Notes: generated by a model not told the origin, from the letters alone. Shown: positions 45,371 to 55,213, counted from the stretch's first letter. The stretch: DNA of 64,000 nt from a virus (IMGVR_UViG_3300020172_001405:37465-101464); one strand, 5' to 3'. Numbers and translations: made by a program.

Positions 45371-47113
45371 TTATGCTGTTAGATCGCCGTAAACTACCCA
45401 AGTATTTGTTGCTCTCTTGAATAGTGTGCATGAAGACCATGTTGTTCTTAGCTTTAATCCCGGTGTTGCGTTTACTGTTACTCCAGCATCTCCAGCAATT
45501 GTTACCTGTCCCGTAGAAGTTTGGAGAATATCAATAGATGTTCCAACCGGAAAAGCCACTGCTGAGTTTAGAGGGATAGTAATTGTTGTAGCGCTTCCAC
45601 TAGCAACTTCAATTAAACTATCTCTTTCAGTTAATGCTGACAGTGTGTATGACGCTGTCTTTTGAATAATTGGTGTGCGTGAAGGCGCAGCTTCTTTTGT
45701 TTGTGTTCCGTCTGAAAACACAATTCCTTCCGCAGGAAGAGTTACTGTTCCAGTAAATGTTGGTGAAGCAAGTGGTGCTTTTAGTGCAAGATTAGTTGTG
45801 ACTGTGCTAGCAAAGTTTGCGTCATCACCAAGTGCTGCTGCAAGCTCATCAAGAGTATTAAGTGCTGCTGGAGCACCTGATAGTAGTGCGTTAACTTGTG
45901 ATGTTGCATCTGCGATTGCTTCTGACTTAGCAGTCGCAATTGCTGTAGCCTGTGCTGTAGATACTGGCTTTGCTGTATCTGCTGTATCATCAACATTGCC
46001 GAGGCCTACCATAGACTTTGTAATACCAGAGACTGTACCTGTAAATGTAGGGTTTGCAAGGTTGGCTTTTAAATCAAGAGCAGTCTGTTGCGCGGTTGAT
46101 ACCGGCTTGCTTGCATCTGCCGTGTTATCAACATTTCCAAGACCTACGTCTGACTTAACTAATCCCGCTGGGGTAGTAATTGTTTTATTTGTAAGCGTTT
46201 GAGATCCAGTTGTTGTTACAAGAATGCTGGTATCCGTAATCCCATGAACAGCGGTAGTATCTGAAGAATGAGTAGAAACTGCACTATCGGCATAGGTCTT
46301 TGTAGCAAGCTCTGCTGTATCTGCAATGCCATGTACGGCCGTTGTATCTGCAATGTGTGTTGAGACTACACCATCAGCATAGGTTTTTGTGGCTAGTGCT
46401 GAAGTATCCGGTATACCATGAACATCTGTAGTGTCTGAACTATGTGTGCTTACAGCAGTGTCTGCGTATGTTTTTGTGGCAAGTGCTGCTGTATCCGTAA
46501 TTCCATGCACATCCAAAGTATCTGTAGAGTGTGTAGAAAGTGATGTAGAGACTGCATTATTTGCTGCACTATCGGCATAGGACTTAGTAGCAAGCTCTGC
46601 TGTATCTGCAATTCCGTGGACACTTGTTGTATCTGAAGAGTGTGTAGACACAGCGCTGTCTGCATACGTCTTTGTAGCAAGCGCTGAAGTATCCGCAATG
46701 CCGTGAACAGAGGTTGTGACTGAAGTGTGTGTGCTTACCGCGCTATTTGCGTAATCTTGTGTAGCAAGTGTTCCTGTTGAGTCTGGAAGAGTCAATGTTC
46801 TATCTGCTGTAGGGTCTGCTACTACAAGAGTAGTCTCAAAATCATTTGCAGTTTGGCCTTCAAACACAAGGTTGACACCAGTGCCCAAAGACACTGAGCC
46901 GGTAAAAGTAGGGTTATTAATTGTGGCGTAGAGGCTTGCTGCAGCTGATGGAGTTAAGGTTATATAAGGTAGGGAAGCCCAAACTGTAAGTCCGTCTCCA
47001 ACCTTAAGCTTCTTACTATCAGTTTCTACGCCAACCTCTCCTTCAAGAAGGATTGGGTTTGATGCGGTCCACTCAGCCGCAGTTCCCCTGCGTAGTAGAA
47101 TACTAACTGCCAT
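45371..47113 (-). CDS. tail fibre protein (Mtd/hyaluronidase-type N-terminal anchor, His-containing repeats)
   Basis: LRRGTAAEWTASNPILLEGEVGVETD..KLKVGDG; six ~29-aa ...STH.......VHG repeats; VGLGNVDNT; APAALNTLDELAAAL. Confidence 0.85.
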   Translation of the reverse strand: MAVSILLRRGTAAEWTASNPILLEGEVGVETDSKKLKVGDGLTVWASLPYITLTPSAAASLYATINNPTFTGSVSLGTGVNLVFEGQTANDFETTLVVADPTADRTLTLPDSTGTLATQDYANSAVSTHTSVTTSVHGIADTSALATKTYADSAVSTHSSDTTSVHGIADTAELATKSYADSAANNAVSTSLSTHSTDTLDVHGITDTAALATKTYADTAVSTHSSDTTDVHGIPDTSALATKTYADGVVSTHIADTTAVHGIADTAELATKTYADSAVSTHSSDTTAVHGITDTSILVTTTGSQTLTNKTITTPAGLVKSDVGLGNVDNTADASKPVSTAQQTALDLKANLANPTFTGTVSGITKSMVGLGNVDDTADTAKPVSTAQATAIATAKSEAIADATSQVNALLSGAPAALNTLDELAAALGDDANFASTVTTNLALKAPLASPTFTGTVTLPAEGIVFSDGTQTKEAAPSRTPIIQKTASYTLSALTERDSLIEVASGSATTITIPLNSAVAFPVGTSIDILQTSTGQVTIAGDAGVTVNATPGLKLRTTWSSCTLFKRATNTWVVYGDLTA

Positions 47114-47388
47114 TACGAAACTCCTCCGTCATAAGACCCTGTAAATGAGGGGGTATAGGAAAATCCCCCATCTACATCTGGCGTTCCTCCGTAAAAAGAA
47201 GCGGGCGTTCCACCATTTATTTGAAGCTGACCCGCACCACCAGTACCAATAATGTCAGCCCAAATTGAGCCGTCATATATTCTTAATTTTAGGGTAGTAG
47301 TATCAAAGTATAGATCACCTGCTCGTTGGCCAACAGGCTCGCTGCTTTTAGCCAGTACGTTTAGAGGTACTAATGACTTTGTACTCAT
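47113..47388 (-). CDS. small fibre-associated protein
   Basis: P....GDLYFDTT...LRIYDGSIW and repeated (D/N)GG motifs. Confidence 0.65.
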   Translation of the reverse strand: MSTKSLVPLNVLAKSSEPVGQRAGDLYFDTTTLKLRIYDGSIWADIIGTGGAGQLQINGGTPASFYGGTPDVDGGFSYTPSFTGSYDGGVS

Positions 47389-47393
47389 TTATG

Positions 47394-48758
47394 TTATCCG
47401 ATTACAACTACTCTGTAGGCATTGGATGTTGGTGCAGATGCAAAGCCAAGTGTTACAGTAGATGTTGTGGCGCGAATGTTATCTACAATAACCTCTTCGC
47501 CAGTAGCTACTTCGTAAACTTGAACATGAACGTCTAGTGTTCCTAGATTGTGAGTAATTGTGTAAGAAGTAGCTGAGGTAGAAAGTGTCTGTGAGAACTT
47601 GCGAGCTACTACAGTGGCATCAACAGAGATAGTGTTGGTTCCAACGACGATACCATTACCAGCACCAATTGCAAAGCCGTTAGCGTCTGTGGCAGCACCA
47701 GAGTTAGTAGCAAGCTTGATTGCTCCACCGTTAGAGTCTGTCTTCAAACCACCTGTTGTAGCTGGGGCAAATGTAAAGTTAGTACCTGTAAGAAGAACAC
47801 CGTTAGAAGATGTGAATGTTCCGGCACCTGAGAACTGTGCAAAAGTAAGGGCAGTAGTTCCTAGTGTAATAGGGTTGTCAGTTGTTAATACCCAGCCGCT
47901 ATTTCCGTTTACAGTTCCTTGTTCTACGAATGTAAACATTCCCGAAGTAACATCTGCGCCAGAGTTTGCGTCTAAAGCACGGTCTGGAGCTCCAGAAACC
48001 TTAACTACGTAGATACCATTTTCAGAACCGTCTGCCTGATGCTTAACAAGAATGCGGTCACCAGTAGCAAGAGTTACTCCATCAAGAGTATCTCCATTTT
48101 CAAGATCTGTTGCAAGTGTTACTGCTGCAGTAGTTGCTGCACGAACTGATGCCTTAACATCTAGTCCTTGTGCAACAGAGTCAACGTAGTTCTTAGTTGC
48201 AGCATCTTGTGCGCTTACTGGGTCTGCTACGTTGGTGATTAGCTGGCTGTTCATTGAGAACGAGCTGGTTGGTGCTGTTAAATCTGTGACCTTGTTGGTT
48301 GTAAGGATTACTGTTCCGCTAGCATCAGGGAGAGTGATTGTGCGGTCAGCGGTTGGGTTAGTGGCGGTAAGTGTAGTCTCACTAGAATCCGCAGAAGAAC
48401 CTTCAAATACAATTGAAGAGTCTAAAGAAACCGTACCTGTGAATACAGGGTTAGCTAGTGGAGCCTTTAGGTCTAACTGACCTTGAATCCCAGAAGTAAC
48501 GCCGTCAACATAGTTAAGTTCTGTTGTAGTAAGAGTTGCGCCATCAAGGATGTTGATTTCTGCAGCATCTGCAGTTACGCCGTTAAGCCCAACAGCTTCC
48601 CAAATAGTGCCATTATAAACACGCATTTCGTTAGAAGCAGTGTTGTAATAAATCTGACCAGTTACTGGGCTTGCTGGATCAGTGGCTAAATTTTGAATTC
48701 GGGCATTTTGTAACTCTAATTTGCCTAAATCAATTGGGGTTAAAAATTTACGTGCCAT
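47394..48758 (-). CDS. tail fibre / collar protein
   Basis: GQIYYNT, DAATKNYVD, KASVRAATT, GDRILVK.Q...ENGIY, TITHNLGT. Confidence 0.8.
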   Translation of the reverse strand: MARKFLTPIDLGKLELQNARIQNLATDPASPVTGQIYYNTASNEMRVYNGTIWEAVGLNGVTADAAEINILDGATLTTTELNYVDGVTSGIQGQLDLKAPLANPVFTGTVSLDSSIVFEGSSADSSETTLTATNPTADRTITLPDASGTVILTTNKVTDLTAPTSSFSMNSQLITNVADPVSAQDAATKNYVDSVAQGLDVKASVRAATTAAVTLATDLENGDTLDGVTLATGDRILVKHQADGSENGIYVVKVSGAPDRALDANSGADVTSGMFTFVEQGTVNGNSGWVLTTDNPITLGTTALTFAQFSGAGTFTSSNGVLLTGTNFTFAPATTGGLKTDSNGGAIKLATNSGAATDANGFAIGAGNGIVVGTNTISVDATVVARKFSQTLSTSATSYTITHNLGTLDVHVQVYEVATGEEVIVDNIRATTSTVTLGFASAPTSNAYRVVVIG

Positions 48759-48769
48759 TTACTATCTCC

Positions 48770-49075
48770 TTATGATAGGTAAGCTTTTCCGCTAAAGCCA
48801 GACCTAAACGTTAGCAGTACTGTAGTAGGGGTTGGATAAGAAATCTCTCCTTCAACAACACTACCCCCAGAGTCTACTACCGTAACATTTGGGTGAAAGG
48901 TTAAATTATGAGAAATGGTCCAGGTATCAGATGGCGTAGCTTGGGAGTAGATAAACCCGAGCTGTGGTTCCTCTATACTAGGGTCTGAAAGTACAATAGC
49001 GGGAGGATTTATGATGCCAATAATGTCTGGATTTTGTTGCCCATAGATCGGGTTATCTTGCCAAATTGGGGTCAA
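48770..49075 (-). CDS. small structural protein
   Basis: WTISHNLTFHPNVTVVD...FSGKAYL. Confidence 0.65.
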   Translation of the reverse strand: MTPIWQDNPIYGQQNPDIIGIINPPAIVLSDPSIEEPQLGFIYSQATPSDTWTISHNLTFHPNVTVVDSGGSVVEGEISYPTPTTVLLTFRSGFSGKAYLS

Positions 49076-50145
49076 GTTGTCACCTGTTTTTCTGTGAAGA
49101 CCTTTCCTTTAGCATAGGTTTTAATTGTTCCGTCAGCAGCGGTCATCTGAATATCATAATAAGCTGTTTTTGGTAGATTAACCGTAGTAGCTGCAGGTAG
49201 TGTGATGATCAGCCCGTCTACAACGTTGTTGCTGTTGACGGAGTATTTTGTAATAATAAAGTCTGCAAGTAGTAATGGCCCAATTTGGGCATAGCCTCCT
49301 TGGGTATACAGGCGGACCTGTCCTTTAGGAGTAAAGTTAGTAAGATCAAATCCGAACTGGTATCTCATAGAGAAGTCATCTCCAGCGTACATTGAGATGT
49401 CTCGGCTAAGAATTGTTGTAGAGGGCGTAATATCTCCGTAGTCTGGCATAGGTAAGTTAACTCTTTGTGGCATAGAGTGATCATCTATCTCTTGTGGTCG
49501 ATAAATTGGTACGTAATGATTAGTACGTCGGCTAATCTTTCGAAGTGTAAAGACTTCGATGCGGTGCATACCTAAGCCAAGCAAAACGCACAGCTCTCTA
49601 TATTGTTCTTTACGAGTAGTTACTACCTCCATTAACTGCCTAAAACGCTCAGATCGAGGGATGGATACGCCGTCTGGAGAAATAATGTCAATATCAAACG
49701 CTGAATCAGTAGCTAAGGTATATAAAGCCATACTGGAAGCTAATAGTACAAGGGGGTACTCATCAATAACGGGGATGGTAGTTAAAGTAGCACGGCTACC
49801 ATTTGCATCTGTGGTGCTACGAGCGTGCTCTATAAAGGCAGTATTTACGTAATACTCAATTTCTTTATTTGTAAAGTATTTATACGCAGTTCCCGAAACA
49901 GTTAGTACTGCATTATTTGCTGGGGCAGCGGCGAGCTCTATCATCCCAGTAACTTCTTCTATTATTGCGGTAGAAGATACGCTAGTGTTTCCAACCTTTA
50001 TTACTAGGTTTGTTCCACTTACTGGGGCATAAGTAAGCTGAAAACGCTTCTGAGAACCGTCTCCTGTAAAGGTTTCTACGAAAGAACGACCCATGTCTCC
50101 GATTTCGGCACGAAGTCTATCTGAAAGAGCTGAAAGCGTTGCCAC
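49072..50145 (-). CDS. head-tail adaptor with C-terminal Ig-like domain
   Basis: LSDRLRAEIGD, DGVSIPRSERF, YYDIQMT; first long gene after the capsid genes. Confidence 0.65.
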   Translation of the reverse strand: MATLSALSDRLRAEIGDMGRSFVETFTGDGSQKRFQLTYAPVSGTNLVIKVGNTSVSSTAIIEEVTGMIELAAAPANNAVLTVSGTAYKYFTNKEIEYYVNTAFIEHARSTTDANGSRATLTTIPVIDEYPLVLLASSMALYTLATDSAFDIDIISPDGVSIPRSERFRQLMEVVTTRKEQYRELCVLLGLGMHRIEVFTLRKISRRTNHYVPIYRPQEIDDHSMPQRVNLPMPDYGDITPSTTILSRDISMYAGDDFSMRYQFGFDLTNFTPKGQVRLYTQGGYAQIGPLLLADFIITKYSVNSNNVVDGLIITLPAATTVNLPKTAYYDIQMTAADGTIKTYAKGKVFTEKQVTT

Positions 50146-50210
50146 TAATCCTCCGACTTATCTGTAAATCTAATCATCCAAGCATTTTGGAGTTTAGTCA
50201 GTGTAAACAA

Positions 50211-50252
50211 TAAGAAGCCCACTCTGACAGGAGGGCGTTAGTCAGAGTGGGC
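50211..50252 (-). terminator. intrinsic terminator with 12-nt pyrimidine-rich loop
   Basis: Perfect 12-bp stem GCCCACTCTGAC/GTCAGAGTGGGC followed by TTCTTATTGTTT. Confidence 0.75.
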
Positions 50253-50266
50253 AACCTAGTGGAGGC

Positions 50267-50632
50267 TTAGAGCCTGTCGTAAAGGTAGCCTTTTTCCTGA
50301 AGGTGTTGGGCCACTGCCTTAGACACTTTGTACTTCTGACCGGACTTAAAAGAGTAATGATTACCCACGCCGATAGTTACAAAGTCCAAATCTTCCGCTA
50401 CTCGAATAACTGTTGAGTCGTCAGCTGAGGTAACCCCAACATTTTCAACTTCATCAATAACAGTAGGTTCGCCCGGAACTGTCAAATCGACAACTTCTGT
50501 TTCCATGCGTACTGCATCAATTGCAGTTGCGATAGACATTTCTTCTGATCTCTTTGAAAGAGCTTCAGCATTTTGCTTAATTAGCTCTTCACGTTGACGT
50601 CCTGTGACGTCTGTTACTTTTGCTTTTGCCAC
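50267..50632 (-). CDS. capsid-associated hypothetical protein
   Basis: Directly downstream of the major capsid gene; YSFKSGQKYKVSKAVAQHLQEKGY. Confidence 0.65.
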   Translation of the reverse strand: MAKAKVTDVTGRQREELIKQNAEALSKRSEEMSIATAIDAVRMETEVVDLTVPGEPTVIDEVENVGVTSADDSTVIRVAEDLDFVTIGVGNHYSFKSGQKYKVSKAVAQHLQEKGYLYDRL

Positions 50633-50657
50633 GATTATTATTCTCCTGTAAGTTTGT

Positions 50658-50690
50658 GTTGGGGGCGGATTTTAAGGCCCGCCCCCTAAC
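50658..50690 (-). terminator. GC-rich hairpin after the major capsid gene (terminator or mRNA stabiliser)
   Basis: GTTAGGGGGCGG...CCGCCCCCAAC stem; no clear U-tract. Confidence 0.55.
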
Positions 50691-50698
50691 GGGGTAAA

Positions 50699-51775
50699 TT
50701 AGTTGGTTTCTGCTAGAACTACAGACTGATCTGTGATTAGACCTAGACCGTAGATTGCGTACCAAGCAAGTGCATGCTCACGACCGAAGTCAAGAATACC
50801 GCCATCGCGGAGCTCAACTGGTAGAGAGATTGCGTGACCAAATGCATTGTCACCAATAAAGATAGCTGTGTAGCGATCCTTGTTACCGTTACCGGTCTTT
50901 GTTACTGGAGAAGTATAGCCTCCACCAGTTGGGTACTGAATGCTGCCAGCAGCAACTGCGGTGTCTGCAGAGTATCCTGAACCTGCACCGTTTGTTACCT
51001 TCTGGATCTGTGTGGTCTCGATAAATACTGTGTCGTATAGACGACCAATTTCACCAAGCATGAAGTTACCTGGAGCTGCGTACTTTGTTACTTCGATAAA
51101 CTCTGGGTTGTCACGAAGCTTGCGGCTCTGGTGTGGGTGAATGAATGCAACATATGTCTCACCTAGGCGAGGGATGTTCTTTGTTGCAAGTGTCTCTACT
51201 GCGTCCTTAACAACACCTGTGGTGAGGTCAAATGCGCCAGTTAGAGATGCACGGTTTGTACCAGCGGTACCTGTTCCGTACCAGTCATTTGCAGCTGTAA
51301 GACCTGTGCGGTCATAGCCGTAGATAACTGAAGATGCGGCCATGAGTGTGTCACGAGCCTGACCATCAAGGTATAGGGCCATGTTACGGCCGAGTAGACG
51401 TGAGGCTGAAGCCATTACGTCATCAAATGATGCGTTAAGTAGGAGTTCAGAAACAGCAATTGCATAACCGTGTTCAGCAACTGTAATTGAGAATTGCTGA
51501 GCTGTTAGTGCCTTAGTTTCCATACGAACGCCTTCAACAAGCGTACCGGCAAAGCCGAGGTTGTTGTAACGCATAAAGTTGATCTGAAGACCTGGTGCAA
51601 CTCCTAGTTCTGTCTTCTTAACAGCGAACTGCTCGAAGCGAAGAATAGGCATTGACTGGAAAAGAATTTCCTTTGACCAGATGGTTTGAATTGCTTGTGT
51701 AAGCTGGCTGTTAGCGCCAGAATACGCTGTTGGGGCAGCGGCTAGATTGCCGGTACCAGTTACGGCTGATGCCAT
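50699..51775 (-). CDS. major capsid protein (HK97 fold, N4-gp56-like)
   Basis: LRFEQFA, LVEG, EHGYAI, YVAFIHPHQ, GEIGRL, DFGREH.LAWY; follows portal and scaffold. Confidence 0.92.
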   Translation of the reverse strand: MASAVTGTGNLAAAPTAYSGANSQLTQAIQTIWSKEILFQSMPILRFEQFAVKKTELGVAPGLQINFMRYNNLGFAGTLVEGVRMETKALTAQQFSITVAEHGYAIAVSELLLNASFDDVMASASRLLGRNMALYLDGQARDTLMAASSVIYGYDRTGLTAANDWYGTGTAGTNRASLTGAFDLTTGVVKDAVETLATKNIPRLGETYVAFIHPHQSRKLRDNPEFIEVTKYAAPGNFMLGEIGRLYDTVFIETTQIQKVTNGAGSGYSADTAVAAGSIQYPTGGGYTSPVTKTGNGNKDRYTAIFIGDNAFGHAISLPVELRDGGILDFGREHALAWYAIYGLGLITDQSVVLAETN

Positions 51776-51831
51776 GTCGGTGTTACTCCTTAGTTAATTA
51801 ATTAATTAATTGATAGGTAATGTCTTTAGAA

Positions 51832-52605
51832 CTACCCGAATATTCCCTTGCCACGATCAGTTGCTGCTTGTCCTAACAACTTACCGCGATATTTTGCGTA
51901 TTCAGTAACCGACATAGCGGCAATTTGATCCGCTGTGAACTGTTGTTGATCCGAATTGGTGTCGAGGGGTCCGGTTGGCGGCGCGGTTACCCGGCTGCCT
52001 GTCATTTCTTTACGAGCAGACTGCATAGCCTGCTGTGCAGAGTCAAGGATACGGGATGACCGATCCTTTAGTCCCGCGATGCTTGCTTCAATTTCTTCCT
52101 TACTGTTTCCAGTAATTAAGTCGAGAAGTTCCGGGATTATTTCAGTTTCTTCTTGGCGTAGGCGGCTAGTGCGGTACTCAGTGAGTTCCGCGTACTCGCG
52201 CTCGCGCTCCAAAAGACTAAAAGCTCTTTCACGCTCATTGCGCTCTTGCTCAAGACTTTTTGCCCATTCTTGTTCTTTTGTTTCCAAAAGTTGACGGACA
52301 TCCATCTCGGCCTCTGCCTTTTTACGGGTATCGGCTTCCTGTTCTGCACGAAGCTTTTCAGCCTCTGCTTGACGCTCTTCGCGCTCCTTCTTCAGAATAT
52401 TAAGCTCTTCTTTCAAAGAATCTATCTGAGGATAGAGTTTGGACTTTTCCTGTTCTCTAACCCGACGAAGATCTTCTTCGGAGTATGACTTATCAGGAGT
52501 TTGAGATTGCATTGGTGTTACTAGAGCTTCTGTTGCTACTGGCACGTCTTGGAAGAATGCTTCCTGGGCTGCCGGCGTATCAACAATATTTGTTGTTTCT
52601 GACAT
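51832..52605 (-). CDS. capsid scaffolding protein
   Basis: Charged coiled coil (VREQEKSKLY) with C-terminal MSVTEYAKYR; lies between portal and capsid. Confidence 0.85.
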   Translation of the reverse strand: MSETTNIVDTPAAQEAFFQDVPVATEALVTPMQSQTPDKSYSEEDLRRVREQEKSKLYPQIDSLKEELNILKKEREERQAEAEKLRAEQEADTRKKAEAEMDVRQLLETKEQEWAKSLEQERNERERAFSLLEREREYAELTEYRTSRLRQEETEIIPELLDLITGNSKEEIEASIAGLKDRSSRILDSAQQAMQSARKEMTGSRVTAPPTGPLDTNSDQQQFTADQIAAMSVTEYAKYRGKLLGQAATDRGKGIFG

Positions 52606-52713
52606 ATTTATTCCTTAGGTTTAAGAGGTCGTTGTCCGAATAAGTGCCACGATGACCTGCGGATATCGTTTGTAGTAGGTTGACAAAATTCTTAGGTTTT
52701 GTCAGCCTAAACT

Positions 52714-54420
52714 TTAATTTTCCCCGTATTTCGAGTCTTCTTTACTTCCTCGACGTTGTGGGAGCTTAGTACCATATGCTTTTGTTACTAAGTCTGTTTG
52801 CATCTGCTCAATTGTTTGAGCCTCAAATGGAGTCACTATTCCTGGCTGACCAGCAGGTCCAGGCCCAACGCCCGCCCCAGCCTCTTGTCCAGGCGCTAAT
52901 TCGCCCTGTCCTTCAGGTAGTATTCCCGTGAGTGATGCAATAGCTGAGTTTATCTGTGACTTGATAAGATTCAAGGCTCCATCGGCCTTGGCGTCTTCTA
53001 TAAGCTCTGAACGTATTTCTTCTAACTTCTCGTCTGGGAAGTCTTCGCCTAGGGTACGTAACGCACCTTCTCGGCTTTCTAAGTTCATGCTCATCTTTGT
53101 CTGGATTTCGTTCAAAAGAATTAGCTTGTCTAGTGGGAGAGGCTGTGGAAAGTGCACAGTAGTCTCATACGTTAATGGGTCATTAGGGTCGCATACCTGT
53201 AGTTGATCCGATTTAATCGGCCCATTAAAGTCTGGGTTATACATAAACATCTCGGGTTCTTTAACTGCAAGAGTTAAAAGAATAAGTTCATTAATTCTCT
53301 TTAAACCTTCACTGTATTGAACAATTTTTTGGTTGTATCGGTTCATAAGTGGCTGGTATTGAATAGCCAAAGCAACACCGGAAGTATTAGAAATTTGTTG
53401 TACTTGACCAAGAGCAGATTCAGGAACACCGATCATTTCGTGCATAGATGTTTTAATAATCTTTAGGTACTCCATAGCACCAACAAGACCTTGTCCGCCA
53501 CCTTCTAAGTTAAATACTTGGGCGTCTTTTGGTAGCCCGCCCCAGACCTTTTTAGGTCCCTTTTCTAGAGACGAGGCCTTAGCACCTGTAATAACAGTAA
53601 CCGGTGCCGCATGGTAGTTAACAATGTCCGAGATGTCAGTAGCGATTTCGTTATAGCTACGGTTTAGAACAATAATGTCGTGGCCATCTGAAAGGCCCCA
53701 TGGAGATCCAGAAACACGTACGTTAGGTATATGAATAACCGGAACAGTTCCTAGTGGGTTTGGTCGTGAATCAATAAGCTCGTCGTTAATATACTCTTCA
53801 ATGCGGTCATCTGTAAGAATTTCAGTATATGTGTATACCTGACGAGTTCCTTCAAGAGAAGTACCCCAAAAACGATACTTAAGCTTAAAACGTATTAAAC
53901 GTGAACGATCGTGAGGGTGAAACTCTGGGAAACAGAAAGAAGAGTTAAGCGGAAGGATTCGCACACGTCCTGGATGATTGCGGCCTACACTATCCGTAAA
54001 AGATTCTTCATAGGCGACTTTTACAAAGCAGTCTCCAGAAACTCCGCCTTGTTGGCCCATTTCCCACATAACGCCATGCTTATCGTTATCTGTTTCCCAC
54101 ACTCTTTGTAGGACATCGGGGATGATTGCCTCTGTTGCGTAAGGGCTACGGAATGATGCTCCGCGACCAAAACTAAAATTTACTATGTAATCTGTAAAAG
54201 CTCTGTAATAGTTAAATACCATCTGTGCTTCGCCAATTTCACGGCGATAAGCCCAGTGATGGCCAAGGTACATTGCCCAGTTAAGGGAGTATCTATTTAG
54301 GCGTGGACCATGGACTTCGAACTCTTCATCAGCAAGTTCTACAAGTCCTAGTGGAGAAATGGAGATCGTTAAGTCAGATGAGGCTGCCCTATAACTTGGT
54401 GGGCTAAAGTCAATACTCAC
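52714..54420 (-). CDS. portal protein (SPP1 gp6-like)
   Basis: VSGDCFVKV, NPLGTVPVIHIPN..GSPWGLSD, NTSGVAL. Confidence 0.9.
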   Translation of the reverse strand: MSIDFSPPSYRAASSDLTISISPLGLVELADEEFEVHGPRLNRYSLNWAMYLGHHWAYRREIGEAQMVFNYYRAFTDYIVNFSFGRGASFRSPYATEAIIPDVLQRVWETDNDKHGVMWEMGQQGGVSGDCFVKVAYEESFTDSVGRNHPGRVRILPLNSSFCFPEFHPHDRSRLIRFKLKYRFWGTSLEGTRQVYTYTEILTDDRIEEYINDELIDSRPNPLGTVPVIHIPNVRVSGSPWGLSDGHDIIVLNRSYNEIATDISDIVNYHAAPVTVITGAKASSLEKGPKKVWGGLPKDAQVFNLEGGGQGLVGAMEYLKIIKTSMHEMIGVPESALGQVQQISNTSGVALAIQYQPLMNRYNQKIVQYSEGLKRINELILLTLAVKEPEMFMYNPDFNGPIKSDQLQVCDPNDPLTYETTVHFPQPLPLDKLILLNEIQTKMSMNLESREGALRTLGEDFPDEKLEEIRSELIEDAKADGALNLIKSQINSAIASLTGILPEGQGELAPGQEAGAGVGPGPAGQPGIVTPFEAQTIEQMQTDLVTKAYGTKLPQRRGSKEDSKYGEN

Positions 54421-54462
54421 TTGCCTTCACTCTCCATAAATCTATGTCGCCCTCTCATTTGA

Positions 54463-54732
54463 TTACAGTATGTTCCGCTCTTTTTTTTCTTTTTTAATCC
54501 TTGAAATTTTTGCTTTTTTCTTATCTTCTAATTCTTTTTTAGGATCCCGTAATTTTGGATCTACTTCTCGTATAGAGCTTACCCAATCGCCGCCTTGTCT
54601 AGCGTACTCTTGACTAGCCCATTTATTAGCTGCCCTATTAGTACCAGCCCCTGGACGTTTTGTTGGATACTTAGCTTTCGCTTGTCGCATCAAGCTATTC
54701 CATAGCTTTTGATTCGCTGCTACTTTAGCCAT
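54463..54732 (-). CDS. small basic hypothetical protein
   Basis: NQKLW....QAKAKY...ANKWASQEYARQGGDW; SD AGGAG. Confidence 0.65.
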   Translation of the reverse strand: MAKVAANQKLWNSLMRQAKAKYPTKRPGAGTNRAANKWASQEYARQGGDWVSSIREVDPKLRDPKKELEDKKKAKISRIKKEKKERNIL

Positions 54733-54748
54733 TTATCTCCTAAATAAT

Positions 54749-54795
54749 TATAGGTGCCCGACTTCGGAGAAAGAGTACGAAGCCGGGTACCTATA
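54749..54795 (-). promoter_or_regulatory. long stem-loop with pyrimidine-rich loop
   Basis: TATAGGTACCCGGCTTCG-TACTCTTTCTC-CGAAGTCGGGCACCTATA. Confidence 0.65.
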
Positions 54796-54808
54796 AAGTA
54801 TATCTTAT

Positions 54809-55213
54809 TTAGTCAGTAACAGCTGCAGGGTTCATACGCTGGTAGCGTGAACCTGAGCGGAATACTTCTTCGATCTTAATTTCTGCATAGTCGCCAAAAG
54901 TTCCGCTTGAGAACTCTCCAACATATGTAGGTGCCTCCACCCAAGCAGCAGATCCAACGTGAGCGCGAGCTCGCATGGTCTCTTCTGGGTACTTTTCCAT
55001 AACATTAACGTTATGGTTTGGGCGACCAGCTGGTGTGTCGTAACCTTGGTTAAGACCTAGCTGGAAGTCATTTGGAACGTCTGTATCAGTAGCTACGCCT
55101 TCTTCAAAACGAAGTGGACCACGAAGTCCTGCTTGTGCTGCTGACATTTTACGCTCATAGACTGTTCCCACGCGCTCTGGGAAAGATGGAACTGGCGCAA
55201 TGTTTTCTGCCAT
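54809..55213 (-). CDS. hypothetical protein between terminase and portal
   Basis: 134-aa ORF with good RBS; GPLRFEEGVATDTDVP, AHVGSAAWVEAP. Confidence 0.7.
   Translation of the reverse strand: MAENIAPVPSFPERVGTVYERKMSAAQAGLRGPLRFEEGVATDTDVPNDFQLGLNQGYDTPAGRPNHNVNVMEKYPEETMRARAHVGSAAWVEAPTYVGEFSSGTFGDYAEIKIEEVFRSGSRYQRMNPAAVTD

Noticed and set aside
44462-46755. Repeat tracts as a CRISPR array or non-coding satellite
   Set aside because: Both repeat regions are in-frame coding repeats with synonymous variation and no unique spacers.
45371-47113. Diversity-generating retroelement suggested by the Mtd-like N-terminus
   Set aside because: No reverse transcriptase and no template/variable repeat pair differing at adenines in this window; the motif is only a fibre anchor.
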